Source: an uncultured Bacteroidota bacterium (GTDB lineage: Bacteria; Bacteroidota; Bacteroidia; Bacteroidales; VadinHA17). From it: a DNA stretch of 64,000 bases. This document shows, piece by piece, positions 20,088 to 30,888 of this stretch. Location of the stretch: the NCBI GenBank assembly GCA_903824785.1, contig CAIJYD010000051.1, positions 45,926 through 109,925 of the forward strand, written 5' to 3'. Every line of letters begins with the position of its first letter. Positions within the stretch are counted from its first letter, which is position 1. Below the pieces are notes generated by a model. It was not told the DNA's origin. It did not search any database and worked only from the letters and a program-made list of their open reading frames with translations. A program made the position numbers and the translations under genes.

Positions 20088-21710
20088 CTATTCTGCACCG
20101 CCATCCCACCAAACTTTGGTAGTCATTTTATCAGGTTGTGTTGAAGTAGCTCCATAATTTGGATTTCCGGCAGCTTCTGCAGCTGGAATCTGAAGTCTTA
20201 CAGGAATCGTGCCACTGGTAGCGTTTCCAGGATAATTTGATGGAGTTAACACAGGGAAACCGGATTTTCTCCAGTCAGACCATGCATCCCACCACATCAT
20301 GAATTTACTAAGCCACAACTGTGTGTAGATCTGTTCGACTGCAGTTGCATCGCTATAAGGATAAAGAGCAAGATAAGCATCAACCTGTGCATCGGAAACA
20401 ACAAGTGAAGCGTCATATACTGTATAAAGCTGCATAGCAAGTTTAACACCGGCATCATAATGCGATTTTGCTGTTCCTGTTATCCCTGAACCTATCCCTT
20501 TTTTAAGAGCTTCAGCTTTAAGGAATTCACTCTCAGCAGCATTCATAATCTGATAAGGCTCATCATCCTGCATCATTTTGAAGTTCACAGATGAAAAGAT
20601 CTTATAAGGTGTTACTGTGGTACCGTAGAAGTTATTCAGCCATGAGCCGTCAACTCCAACTGGATGACCTTCCTGTTTGGTAGGATCAAGTTCGATAGGA
20701 ACAACTGTATTTGCTGTCCATTCAACTATACCGCCTGTGAAGATCATAAGTCTTGGATCGTCATCAGCTGTGCTGGTTTTAATGGGCCCTTTTAGCTTGT
20801 CTATGAGAGTTTTGCTAAGAAGCTGACTCTGCCATGCACCGCCATCACCAGGATAGAATGCACGTGAGATACCATTCTGATTAGTCCACTCACTTGGTGT
20901 AAGGGCCATTTTTACCCATACGTTATCGGTATTGCTGGCCATAGTTCCGCCTGCAACAGCTTTTGTAACATAAGAACCAGCAGTTGCTGCATCTACATCA
21001 GATAATCTCATAGCAAGACGAAGCATAAGGGAATAGCCAAACTTTTTCCATTTTGCAATGTCACCATTAAAGATAATGTCAGCTTTTACAAAGCCAGGAT
21101 AATCAATATCAGAAGCATTAAATGCTGCACATGCCTCCTCAAGCTCTTTAAGCATATCGGTATAGATCAATTTCTGTTTGTCATACTTTGGCTGGAAAAT
21201 TCCCTCAAGGCCCTTGTTGGCCTCAGTATAAGGAACGCTACCATACCAGTCGGTAAGACGGTGGAAATCAAACACCTTAATGATTCTTGCAGCCTGACGG
21301 GTATTAACCAGTCTGCCGTCCATAGTACCTTTTGGATCAGTCTGTTTGAGGATCTCAGCAGTTCTTCTCAGTGCGTCCCTGTAATAGAACTGAAAAGGAG
21401 CATTAAGAGGTTCTACGTCATTATCAAAGTATTTCTCACCTGATGAGGAGCCTGTCATTGCAAAGTGCTGTATTGCAAAAGAGGCAAAGTTGATGTTTGT
21501 TCTCCAGTCAGTATATCTGTTATCACCTGAAGATCCATTACTTGCCATCCCAAGTTCGGCGGCAGTAAAGAAGTAGTTCATGTTAATCTGATTAACTGCA
21601 TTGGGATTGATATTCATCTCGTGCAGTGCATCAGTATCACATCCTGCCGTAACAATTGCTATCAGCAGAGTACCTTGAATCAGTTTTAATATATGTTTCA
21701 TTTTTTTCAA
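20088..21710 (-). CDS. susD: SusD/RagB family outer-membrane nutrient-binding lipoprotein
   Basis: Lipobox VTAGC. 540 aa, placed immediately (10 nt) downstream of a SusC-type TonB-dependent transporter. TPR-like helical composition is typical of SusD homologues. Confidence 0.85.
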   Translation of the reverse strand: MKKMKHILKLIQGTLLIAIVTAGCDTDALHEMNINPNAVNQINMNYFFTAAELGMASNGSSGDNRYTDWRTNINFASFAIQHFAMTGSSSGEKYFDNDVEPLNAPFQFYYRDALRRTAEILKQTDPKGTMDGRLVNTRQAARIIKVFDFHRLTDWYGSVPYTEANKGLEGIFQPKYDKQKLIYTDMLKELEEACAAFNASDIDYPGFVKADIIFNGDIAKWKKFGYSLMLRLAMRLSDVDAATAGSYVTKAVAGGTMASNTDNVWVKMALTPSEWTNQNGISRAFYPGDGGAWQSQLLSKTLIDKLKGPIKTSTADDDPRLMIFTGGIVEWTANTVVPIELDPTKQEGHPVGVDGSWLNNFYGTTVTPYKIFSSVNFKMMQDDEPYQIMNAAESEFLKAEALKKGIGSGITGTAKSHYDAGVKLAMQLYTVYDASLVVSDAQVDAYLALYPYSDATAVEQIYTQLWLSKFMMWWDAWSDWRKSGFPVLTPSNYPGNATSGTIPVRLQIPAAEAAGNPNYGATSTQPDKMTTKVWWDGGAE

Positions 21711-21720
21711 GTTTAATAGG

Positions 21721-24700
21721 TTAGAATACCACCCTTACGTTAAAACCATAGCTGCGGGTTCCGGGCATCGTGAATTGATCAATTCCCTGTCCGCTACTAC
21801 TTGTATAGGATGCTTCAGGATCAATGTTGTCAGTGTTCCTATATATGATCGCAAGGTTTCTTGCTACAAACGAAATTGCAACAGTACTAAGTGGTGTCTT
21901 ATTCAGTAAACTGGAAGGCAGGCTGTATTCGAGAGATACCTGTCTCAGTTTAATAAAAGAAGCATCATACATGAAGTTCTCCTGAGCACGTGAAGAAAGA
22001 TTACCCCAATAGTTTCGAGTCTGCTCCTGATTAAGTGTCATAGATAAAGGAGCATAAATCGCTTTTCCGTCTGTTCCTGTTCCCGTCTGAATAACACCTG
22101 TTATCGGCATGCCGCCTTCACGATAAGCAAGGGTTTGCTTATGCAGTCCCCATGAGGTTAAGTTTACTTCTGTTCCTGAATAGATATCGCCTCCGAATTT
22201 GAAGTCAGACAGAACATCAAGTTTTAAACGTTTCCAGGTCAATGTATTGTTGAAACCACCTGTTAATTTGGCAATTCCATTACCAAGAACTTCAAATACG
22301 TCTGATCTGATAGGATAACCATTGGCATCATATACTTTCAGCCCTGAAGCCGGATCTACCTTCTGTTTATATCCTAAGATCATACCAAAAGGATAGCCTA
22401 CAACGTGATAAACAGCTGCATTCCTTGTACGTGGTTCTTCAACAAATAAGCGGGTAACACCTTCACTGAGTGCAACAACCATGTTCTCATTCTTTGCAAT
22501 GTTCAAAGAGACGTCCCATGTTATCTCACCCTGAATAGGAGTACCTGTAATCAAAATTTCAATACCTTTATTGGTAAGTTCACCAATGTTTACAGATGTT
22601 GAATTGAATCCTGAAGCCTGAGAAATTGTAGCTGAAAGGATGTCATCAGTTGTTTTCTGTGAATAGTATGTAAATTCCACTCCGGCTCTGCCGTTTAAGA
22701 ATCTCAACTCAGTTCCTACTTCAATCTCCGACGATAATGCAGGAGAGAGGTTAGGGTTAGGAATATTATCACCAAATGAGAATGTTCCCATTGGAACACC
22801 AAGGTGTCCCTGCCCAAGCAGACCATAGGTTGGATTAACTGAATAAGCACCCACGTTTGCGGTTGCAACCTGACCCCATGCAGCTCTTACCTTACCAAAG
22901 CTAAGCCATTTAGGAAGACTCTTGAAAGCATCTGTGAAGACAAAGCTACCACCGAGAGATGGATATAACTGGCTGTTGTTCGCTGGATTAAGTACTGAGA
23001 ACCAGTCATTTCTGGCTGTTGCAGTAAGGAAAAGGTAACCTGCATAGCTTAATTCAGCAGAACCGAATACTGAGTTGATTCCGTTTTTACCATAACCATA
23101 TCCAAAACTCTGAGATTTGGTATTGTTAACTGATGTGAAGAATGGAACGTTAAAGTCTGATCCGGAAGCATTAATAGCTTCAGATTCTCTTAACATAGTT
23201 GATCCTCCGACAAAAGCATTCACTCTTACTTTACCAAATTGCTTATCAGCACCCATGGTAACCTCCTGGTTAATCTCCCTTACGAAGTTTGAGGTTTCAC
23301 TTTTTGCGCCACCACGCTGATAACCGGTACCCTGAGGTACAAGAGAATTATTATTTCTGGTGTACCAGTCCATTCCAACCTGGCCCTGGATATACAACCA
23401 ATCGAGAATATTATATTTCATATTTGCAGATGTGATGAAACGATCTCTCACGTTTTCATTCAGGATCTGATAAGCTGCCCACCAAGGATTCTGCAGCCAG
23501 TTATTGTTTGCCTGCTGATACTCTTCACCTGCTGACTTAAGGTCGGGAGTTGTTGTACCGTTTGGAACTGCACCCAGTTTATTCGGGTCGCCTCTCAGGT
23601 CATCAACGTTTACTGTATTGGCAAGACCCCAGATAGAGATAGGTGCATTACCCGGAGAGTCTCCAAGCATGGATCTGTTTTTCATTATCTCATTCGAATA
23701 CATAACCTTCGCATTGAATGTTACTTTTTTGCCAAATTTTCCGTTTGTCGAAAGAGAAAGGTTCTTTCTTTTAAAGCCAGAGTTTGGAATGATAAAATCA
23801 CTTTTCAGATCTGAGAAAGAGAACCTGAATGTCTGATTATTACCACCGCCTGTAACAGCGAGACTGTTGGTAAGAGAAGTTCCTGTCTGATAGAAACGGT
23901 CCCAGTTGTCTCCTGCGAGTGAATAAGGACGCATTACACCATCGAACTGCATAACTGAAGATCCGTCAAGTTTTGGTCCCCACATTGAATTGGCACCCCA
24001 GTTCCATGCTTCAAGCTGGTTAGCAGCTTTCGTATAGATCTTTGGTCCTGTAGGATTAGCAGGATCGGTACCAAGACCGCCAGGTCCGTATACATTCTGA
24101 AGATCATCAATTCTGTAAACTTTTTCAAATACATAGTTTGTGTTGAACTCAATTCCAATACCTTTCTTCTGTGAACCTCTTTTGGTTGTGATGTTGATAA
24201 CACCATAACCACCTCTGGAACCATAAAGTGCTGCTGCTGCTGCACCTTTAAGAACGGTAACTGATTCAATATCCTCCGGGTTGACGCTTGTAAGACCGTC
24301 ACCCTGGTCGGTACCACCCCAGACGCCTACCTGGCCGAACTGGCTGTTATCCATAGGGATACCATCAATAACATACAATGGCTGATTACTTCCACCGATC
24401 GATTTGTTACCCCTGATAATAACGCGGGATGAACCGGCAGGACCTGATGATGATTTTGTTACGTTAACCCCGGCAACACGACCCTGGATAGCCGAACCAA
24501 GGTTGTTTTCACGAGCTGCTGAAAGGCTCATACCAGGAACTTTAGTAATAGAAGACTGCAGCGCTTTCGTGCTTCTTTCAACGCCCAGTGCAGTCACGAC
24601 AACTTCACCCAGCTGCTGAACATCTTCTTCAAGAACTACGTCAATAGAGGACTGAGTGCCAACAGGCACTTCCTGTGAGACGTATCCGATAAAAGAAAAG

Positions 24701-24933
24701 ACAAGTACTGCATCAGACCCTGCCTGAATGCTGAACCTTCCCTTTGCGTCGGTTAAGGTACCAGTTGTTGAGTTCTTTACGAGAACCGTTACACCCGGCA
24801 AACCCGCACCTTTCAGATCCTTTACAGACCCGGACACTGCCCGTCCCTGAGCCAACACTGCGCTTGAGCAGGTTAGCCACAGCAACAGAAGCAGTGTTTG
24901 CTTCAAATTGTTGTACACTTTTTTTCTGATCAT
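21721..24933 (-). CDS. susC: SusC/RagA family TonB-dependent outer-membrane transporter
   Basis: N-terminal carboxypeptidase-regulatory-like domain (GSVKDLKGAGLPGVTVLVKNSTTGTLTDAKGRFSI). Plug domain (VTALGVERS, DIESVTVLKGAAAAALYGSRG). C-terminal beta-barrel ending in F. Confidence 0.95.
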   Translation of the reverse strand: MIRKKVYNNLKQTLLLLLWLTCSSAVLAQGRAVSGSVKDLKGAGLPGVTVLVKNSTTGTLTDAKGRFSIQAGSDAVLVFSFIGYVSQEVPVGTQSSIDVVLEEDVQQLGEVVVTALGVERSTKALQSSITKVPGMSLSAARENNLGSAIQGRVAGVNVTKSSSGPAGSSRVIIRGNKSIGGSNQPLYVIDGIPMDNSQFGQVGVWGGTDQGDGLTSVNPEDIESVTVLKGAAAAALYGSRGGYGVINITTKRGSQKKGIGIEFNTNYVFEKVYRIDDLQNVYGPGGLGTDPANPTGPKIYTKAANQLEAWNWGANSMWGPKLDGSSVMQFDGVMRPYSLAGDNWDRFYQTGTSLTNSLAVTGGGNNQTFRFSFSDLKSDFIIPNSGFKRKNLSLSTNGKFGKKVTFNAKVMYSNEIMKNRSMLGDSPGNAPISIWGLANTVNVDDLRGDPNKLGAVPNGTTTPDLKSAGEEYQQANNNWLQNPWWAAYQILNENVRDRFITSANMKYNILDWLYIQGQVGMDWYTRNNNSLVPQGTGYQRGGAKSETSNFVREINQEVTMGADKQFGKVRVNAFVGGSTMLRESEAINASGSDFNVPFFTSVNNTKSQSFGYGYGKNGINSVFGSAELSYAGYLFLTATARNDWFSVLNPANNSQLYPSLGGSFVFTDAFKSLPKWLSFGKVRAAWGQVATANVGAYSVNPTYGLLGQGHLGVPMGTFSFGDNIPNPNLSPALSSEIEVGTELRFLNGRAGVEFTYYSQKTTDDILSATISQASGFNSTSVNIGELTNKGIEILITGTPIQGEITWDVSLNIAKNENMVVALSEGVTRLFVEEPRTRNAAVYHVVGYPFGMILGYKQKVDPASGLKVYDANGYPIRSDVFEVLGNGIAKLTGGFNNTLTWKRLKLDVLSDFKFGGDIYSGTEVNLTSWGLHKQTLAYREGGMPITGVIQTGTGTDGKAIYAPLSMTLNQEQTRNYWGNLSSRAQENFMYDASFIKLRQVSLEYSLPSSLLNKTPLSTVAISFVARNLAIIYRNTDNIDPEASYTSSSGQGIDQFTMPGTRSYGFNVRVVF

Positions 24934-24988
24934 AGGTTTTGGTTTTTAGAGCATCTGAAAATTTCACTTTCGATGCCATTGTTTGAAA

Positions 24989-24996
24989 CAAAAGTA
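24989..24996 (-). promoter_or_regulatory. candidate Bacteroidota -7 promoter box (TACTTTTG) upstream of susC
   Basis: The minus strand reads TACTTTTG, matching the TAnnTTTG consensus about 56 nt upstream of the susC ATG. No clear -33 TTTG was seen. Confidence 0.3.
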
Positions 24997-25396
24997 AAAA
25001 CTATTTTTAAAAAACATAACATTTTTTAACATTCATTTACAATTATGTTAAAAATCATTAATATTCACAGTGTTCGTCTAACCACAAATAAATCATTTAC
25101 TCTAATATTTTGATTTATTGAGTACTGAAGGGATAATTAGGGAAAGTTGCTTTTCCCGTTTTGTTGTTATTCAGCCTTCTTTGGCAGGCCAATTAAGATT
25201 TTTTAAAAGTAATACAGCGCGAAATCAGGTAAAATGCGAGTCTTTATTGCGGAAAATCAGATCTTTTTCCTGTTGCCATACGGATGCATAAAAAAAATAA
25301 TTTCTGATACTTTCCTGCATGTGATTTACAATAAAAATATTACAACCGATAATGTAAAATACCTTTATTAAAGGGGATACCCATATATAATAAGGC

Positions 25397-25434
25397 TCCT
25401 GAATGCTATCAGAATTTTCCTCCGGCATTCAGGA
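25397..25434 (-). terminator. possible terminator hairpin after the DUF4838 gene
   Basis: 10-bp inverted repeat TCCTGAATGC / GCATTCAGGA with an 18-nt loop, 17 nt after the stop at 25451. On the minus strand it is followed by a U/A-rich stretch, not a clean U-tract. Confidence 0.35.
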
Positions 25435-25450
25435 ACCTTTTCACCGGAAA

Positions 25451-27799
25451 CTATTCTACTACGATCTCATCAATATGCATTCTTGCAGGCTGACCTGCTC
25501 CGGGATGTGATTCGGGAGTATTGCCGATTGTATGAGCAACCACCTTTACATACCGTGCATTCCGTGGTGTGAAATCAGAGATGAAGTCTCTTTGATAGGA
25601 ATCATACTGATCAATGGGAAGAGTATTAATAACAGTACCAACCTGTTCAAATTTCACCCCGTCGTCCGAAACAAAAAATTCAACTTTCGCAGGAACAATG
25701 CTCAGCCATGCAGCAAGCTGGTAAAAGGCACACTCTATATGTTTCACCTTCTGAATTTTTTCAAGGTCTATAACCACATCGAGGTTTTTGCCCTGAAATG
25801 AGGTCCAGTTAAACCCCGTTTCATTGCTTCCACGAATTCCATCAGTCAGTTTCCGGGCGTTTGCAGCCGGGAGTTCAGTGGTATCCGGACTGATGACCTT
25901 CACTTTTTTACCATAGGCAAGATGTTCATTCATACCCTGATAAAAGAGCCTGTACATTGCGGAGCGATATGCTTCCGGGGTTGTGCACCACTCTTTCACC
26001 CTTGTCACCCCCTGACGGAGGCAGAGATCAGTAAACGGATCAATCATTGACCGGATCTCAGGCCTGACCAGCCACTTATCACCTGTCTTAATAAACAATC
26101 CATTTTCGCCGGTGAAATTTTTCTTGGCTTGTTCCATAATAGCATAATTAAGAGGAAGCCGTGCTATTCTTACACGCTCAAGAAGTTCATGTTTTCCTGC
26201 AACTGCAGATTCTGCTTTATCAAATAACTGCTTGTAATTATTAATCAGCGCAGGAGTAAGATAACTGACAGCTGCCTCATTGGGAGAACCGAAAATACGA
26301 AGTTGCTGACCGGAACTGATAAGCGCCTCGCGCATTTCATCAATATACTGACGAATCGGTTTTCCTGCAGCTCCGTAATACCCGTTCAGAAAATCGTTCA
26401 TCAGGGTGTCGGCATTTGCATAGGGATCCCACATAAGCTTTGAGATCAAATAGGTACGCAGTTCGGCAAATTCACCGCCAACTTCACGGTTACCCTGTTC
26501 AAACATTGCAGTAACACCGTTTTCTGCAAAAAACCTGAGATTGGGCTGTAAAACCTGAAGATTCGGGAAAGGGCTGATGAGGTTGTTGAACTGAATAACA
26601 TAATCCCATATTATAATGTCGCTTGCAATCCTGCCCCAGGCTTTAACATCCCTGACAAAATTGATACTCATTGAGTCGTCGGCCATTGCAACAGGTTTAT
26701 CACGCCTTATTTCGATGCTGCAAAGCATTATGTTTACGTTCTTCAGAGGCCGGATTGTGGATGGTGCTTTTCGACCATATTCATAAGCGAGTGTGGAGAT
26801 CATCAGATCAGGAAACTGTTCAGCCACCTGGTTTACAAAAGTGATGATTGAACCGGAAGGTGAGCCTTCGCGTTTATCTATTGCCTGACATTTATCGCAC
26901 ATGCAGTATTTCCTGTTGTCGTTCTGACTGACTGACCAGTAAGTAGCTTCAGGGTTACGGGCAATCTCCTTGCGAAGGTTCTGAATAGTAATCTTTAATA
27001 CTTCGGGATTCGTCAGACAAAGCTGAGTCGGAGTACGTTTACCGTCGCGGAAAGCGTAATATTCAGGATGTTCCTTGAAGTAGATCTCAGGTGGAACAAG
27101 ACTGTTGAATGTATGAACCCATGTGCCCCAGGAAGGATGAGCTCCGTTGGAGTCGTGGTCAATTTTATGCCAGTCGGAATATTCAGCGTCCCAGGATACC
27201 TTGTAATGAGTGTCCCTGAATTTTATCACAGGCACCTCTTTGTCGTTTATTGTACCAAGAATGATACTCTCCTGCTTCGGAATAATTTTCACAGCAGGGC
27301 TGTACATACGGCAACCAAGATACTTTTCAATAAAAGTATAAACTCCGTAGAGTGTGCCTTTCCTGCTTCCCCCGGTAATAAAAAGACGATGACCATCCGT
27401 CCTGATAATAAATCCATCTGCCGAAAGCTCACTCAGATTTACGGCGATACCCAGTTCATCAATACGTTCATTCTGCCCAAGGACTATTTCGTACTGACTT
27501 CCTGGTTTACCGGCAGAGATTATTGGCAGCGCGGCACCGGAAATCTGAAGAAGGTAATCCTGGAGAACTTCAGCTGCTTTCTGCTCCTGCAATGTGGCTG
27601 AAGCGGGGATAACAATACGATAGTTAGTGGTTCCTTTTTCAGTAAGGGTAATATTCTGCTGAACAGGAACGGCAACTTCAGTTTTACTTTTTTTCTTCTG
27701 GGCATTACCTGTCTGAATGAACAGGAACAGACCGCAGAGAGTAATAAATACTACCCGGGTTATAAAACCCAACCTTGTTTCAGTATTCATAATTTTCAT
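25451..27799 (-). CDS. DUF4838-type putative glycoside hydrolase with C-terminal F5/8 type C (discoidin) domain
   Basis: Signal peptide. N-terminal GH20b/GH67N-like block (GGSRKGTLYGVYTFIEKYLGCRMY) characteristic of DUF4838 proteins. The last ~150 aa look discoidin-like (NLDVVIDLEKIQKV...RYVKVVAH). Family call is from memory of domain signatures. Confidence 0.6.
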   Translation of the reverse strand: MKIMNTETRLGFITRVVFITLCGLFLFIQTGNAQKKKSKTEVAVPVQQNITLTEKGTTNYRIVIPASATLQEQKAAEVLQDYLLQISGAALPIISAGKPGSQYEIVLGQNERIDELGIAVNLSELSADGFIIRTDGHRLFITGGSRKGTLYGVYTFIEKYLGCRMYSPAVKIIPKQESIILGTINDKEVPVIKFRDTHYKVSWDAEYSDWHKIDHDSNGAHPSWGTWVHTFNSLVPPEIYFKEHPEYYAFRDGKRTPTQLCLTNPEVLKITIQNLRKEIARNPEATYWSVSQNDNRKYCMCDKCQAIDKREGSPSGSIITFVNQVAEQFPDLMISTLAYEYGRKAPSTIRPLKNVNIMLCSIEIRRDKPVAMADDSMSINFVRDVKAWGRIASDIIIWDYVIQFNNLISPFPNLQVLQPNLRFFAENGVTAMFEQGNREVGGEFAELRTYLISKLMWDPYANADTLMNDFLNGYYGAAGKPIRQYIDEMREALISSGQQLRIFGSPNEAAVSYLTPALINNYKQLFDKAESAVAGKHELLERVRIARLPLNYAIMEQAKKNFTGENGLFIKTGDKWLVRPEIRSMIDPFTDLCLRQGVTRVKEWCTTPEAYRSAMYRLFYQGMNEHLAYGKKVKVISPDTTELPAANARKLTDGIRGSNETGFNWTSFQGKNLDVVIDLEKIQKVKHIECAFYQLAAWLSIVPAKVEFFVSDDGVKFEQVGTVINTLPIDQYDSYQRDFISDFTPRNARYVKVVAHTIGNTPESHPGAGQPARMHIDEIVVE

Positions 27800-27820
27800 A
27801 ATATTGTCTTATTTAATATT

Positions 27821-29602
27821 TTACTTTGCAAGAGGCCTTCCTTTTGCTTTAAGAGGTACCGCGACCGGTTCCTGAATAAGCTCCAGTAAAAACGCAACAT
27901 CCTGCCCGATATAACTGGCATGCGAGCCGTTAATACGCAGATAAGGAACACCAAGAGATACTGAGCCGTTAATACATTCAACCTCCTTTTCATCAATAAA
28001 TGCGCCTCTCCAGGTGTGAAAGATTTTTAGTTTATATTTTCCTGATGGTATTCCTGAAAGGGTAATGTTAACGCCAGCCACATCCGCTTCGGAGTTCACA
28101 ACCCATCCAAAAACTACTTCATTACTCTGAATAGCATAGGCATCGCCTCTGGTAGTTTTAATCCCCGCCGGTTTAATATTTGTCAGCTTATCAAAATGAA
28201 TCTGGTTTGTAAATTTCCGGATACTGGTAATCTGTGAGGTAAGGATATTATCATTGAGCAAACCGGAATATGCCCACCAGAACGGAGTCATTGCTGAACC
28301 TGTTGCCAGAGTTACCCAAAGGGCGTTATGATACATTGCAAGATAACCGGGCATGCTTGGCTCAAAGAAAGTATGATCCCAGCCTGTTTCACCATTTACA
28401 ACTGGTTTTTCGTAGCCATGCCATAGTTTCTGATTTTCAGAAGCATAGTTTGAATAGCTGCTTTTCAGTGGGTTAACAGCTGCTGAATCGATAGTACTTG
28501 TTTTATTAATCTGAAATCCCTGTGCTTCATAGATCTCGCGTGCGGCAATGTCGAATGTCTGATAACCCTGATGCCAGAACTCCTTAACCCCTCCGCTTCT
28601 GGTTCCTGTAGTGGGATGGTTATAGGGATCGTTTGTCTTGAGGTAATTATGAACTTTTTGACCCCAGGCTGATGCTGACAGACTATCACCTGAAACCCAG
28701 CCATCGGTTCCGTTAACTTCGTCGACAACAAACCATATTGCCAACGCCCTGCTGTAACTGTATCTGGCAATGAAATAACGGTATAATTTTTCCTGATATT
28801 TCCATGCTGCATCACTTCTGAAGAAATCTTTGGCACTGGTTATCTGCTGATAAGGATTGGTATACCACCTTACGTTTCCTCCACCCCATACTGTTTCAGA
28901 GAGGTATGAATGAAACCAGAGGTTAAGACTCAGAAGCATATCGCGTTCTTCACACATTTCAAGAATTTCATCAAGACGTCCGCATATATTCTGATCATAA
29001 CGACCTAACCCGCTACCCATTGTCTCAAGCGGAGTAATATATGTTCCGATAAAATTAACACCGAGTGTTTTTAAATTATCGAGCTCTTCCTTCATAATCC
29101 GCCCACTTCCAAAACCTTCATAGCCATCGTTGTACCATAGCCCAACACCATAGAAATCGGATCCGTCGCTGTATTTCAGGTAACGTTTATTCGCAGAAAC
29201 CTGAAGAGGTCCTTTTTTCGAGGATTTAACTGCAACAAACGACTGGACGCTACTGGTTGTCTCACCGTTTTTATCACGAACTTTAACAGAGTAACTCCAT
29301 TTCCCCGTTTCATTAGGAGAGAATCTTATTTTCCAGAGTGTGGCGCGTGAAAAATAATAGAAGCCCGGTATTTCCCATTTCTTTCCTGAGGGTGATGTAA
29401 AAATTGCCTGAATATCAATATCCGCAGGGTCGAACGGGTTAATAAATTCACATTTCATTTCAAGCGAGACTTCAAATTTTTCATAAAGTCCTACCGAGTC
29501 GGGTCTTTGTCTGATATTAATTATTTCAGGTGCCTTTGCAGAATAGGCCTCATTCTGAAAAACGATAAATAATGTAAAAAACAAAAAGCGTACAATCTTC
29601 AT
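27821..29602 (-). CDS. DUF5060-domain putative clan GH-A glycoside hydrolase
   Basis: Signal peptide. N-terminal Ig-like DUF5060 pattern (YEKFEVSL...FINPFDP...FTSPSGKKWEIPGFYY...RFSPNETGKWSY), followed by a (beta/alpha)8-like region with a DEVNG motif. Confidence 0.6.
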   Translation of the reverse strand: MKIVRFLFFTLFIVFQNEAYSAKAPEIINIRQRPDSVGLYEKFEVSLEMKCEFINPFDPADIDIQAIFTSPSGKKWEIPGFYYFSRATLWKIRFSPNETGKWSYSVKVRDKNGETTSSVQSFVAVKSSKKGPLQVSANKRYLKYSDGSDFYGVGLWYNDGYEGFGSGRIMKEELDNLKTLGVNFIGTYITPLETMGSGLGRYDQNICGRLDEILEMCEERDMLLSLNLWFHSYLSETVWGGGNVRWYTNPYQQITSAKDFFRSDAAWKYQEKLYRYFIARYSYSRALAIWFVVDEVNGTDGWVSGDSLSASAWGQKVHNYLKTNDPYNHPTTGTRSGGVKEFWHQGYQTFDIAAREIYEAQGFQINKTSTIDSAAVNPLKSSYSNYASENQKLWHGYEKPVVNGETGWDHTFFEPSMPGYLAMYHNALWVTLATGSAMTPFWWAYSGLLNDNILTSQITSIRKFTNQIHFDKLTNIKPAGIKTTRGDAYAIQSNEVVFGWVVNSEADVAGVNITLSGIPSGKYKLKIFHTWRGAFIDEKEVECINGSVSLGVPYLRINGSHASYIGQDVAFLLELIQEPVAVPLKAKGRPLAK

Positions 29603-29703
29603 ATCTTTAATATTTTACACAAATTATTATTCAAATTTTAAGATCTGTTTTAATTACGATCTATTCCTGATCAAATAAATCTTTAATCAGAAACAAGTGA
29701 CTT

Positions 29704-30846
29704 TTATTTATACTCCTTTGTCAGTTCATCCATCCTTTTGCTCATAGCTCTAAATGTATCCCATGGGTTAAGCAGCTTTTTTTCAGGATTGGTAATATCA
29801 TCAGAATAATATTTTCTGATCCCGTAAAACCCATCAATAAAACCATCAGCGCCCATCCAGGTCGTTTCCATCATTCCATAATAGCGTGGTTTCATTTCAG
29901 GTGTGGCATATTTGATGAACTTTGCCATATCTTCGGTCTGTATTATAGCTGTTTGTACAGTTCTCCATGGGCAGGTAATTACCCTGAAGCCTTTCATGGC
30001 AAAATATACCGGTGTCTGATCAGGTCTTTCGTAATGCCAGTCGCATATAACTATATCTTTTGAAATCATGTCAATAGCTCTGTAGGTATAATTGTAGCTT
30101 GCTTCCCAGAAACCCAGTCCTGTGGTTTTTCCATCAATCAGACGATCGCCCCAGATCCATAGCTCCCTGTTTTTCTCTGCCAGATGATTTCTGAGCCTGG
30201 TTACTTCACCTGCGAAAAGTTCCGCTTTGTCAACACCTTTGCAACGTGGACATTTAGTATCTCCGAGGTAGAACACTTCATCCATTCCTGCATGAAAAGC
30301 AGGCGATTCATAAGCATCGCAGATCTCGTCGATAAGCGCAAAAAGTACTTTGTGAAGGTCAGGATGGAGGGGACAATAGCTTTTGCAATACAACTCATCG
30401 CTGTTAGGCCATACATATTTCTCAGGCATCTTAATATAAGGTGTCTCATCGAACTGAGGGAAATTAGTCAGAAGACTATTAAGTTTATTACCTCCTGACT
30501 GATGACCCAGCATATTAATCTGCGGGATAATCTTAATGTTATTCTTCCGGCAGGCAGCCACGATCTTTTTAACATCAGTTTTTGAAAGCGCTCCCGAGTC
30601 ACTCAGCTGAGGATAGCTCTCAAACTGATAGTTGTAATCCACAAGCACAAGCAGCGTATTGATACCACGAGGTGCAAGCTCCTCATTAATGAACTTTACG
30701 AACCGGTCAACGCCTTTTGGTTGTGGAGCACTGATGCAGAATCCCTTAACCTGGAACAGTTTTCCGGCCGATTCCTGTGCAAATGTACCGGCTTGCCATG
30801 CCAGAAACAAAATTAACAAACAGAGCAGATTGATTTTCTTTTTCAT
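29704..30846 (-). CDS. GH20-like glycoside hydrolase (hexosaminidase-type catalytic domain only)
   Basis: Signal peptide. FHAGMDEV matches the GH20 H-x-G-x-D-E catalytic pair. INMLGHQS is in the expected position. Confidence 0.6.
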   Translation of the reverse strand: MKKKINLLCLLILFLAWQAGTFAQESAGKLFQVKGFCISAPQPKGVDRFVKFINEELAPRGINTLLVLVDYNYQFESYPQLSDSGALSKTDVKKIVAACRKNNIKIIPQINMLGHQSGGNKLNSLLTNFPQFDETPYIKMPEKYVWPNSDELYCKSYCPLHPDLHKVLFALIDEICDAYESPAFHAGMDEVFYLGDTKCPRCKGVDKAELFAGEVTRLRNHLAEKNRELWIWGDRLIDGKTTGLGFWEASYNYTYRAIDMISKDIVICDWHYERPDQTPVYFAMKGFRVITCPWRTVQTAIIQTEDMAKFIKYATPEMKPRYYGMMETTWMGADGFIDGFYGIRKYYSDDITNPEKKLLNPWDTFRAMSKRMDELTKEYK

Positions 30847-30888
30847 TTGATTAGGTTTTTTAGGTTGGATTAAAAACAGTTTACTTTA

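Noticed and set aside
25225-25428. 67-aa ORF in the susC upstream spacer.
   Set aside because: No ribosome-binding or promoter signal and no recognisable motif. It also overlaps a probable terminator hairpin. It was retained only as context in the spacer finding.
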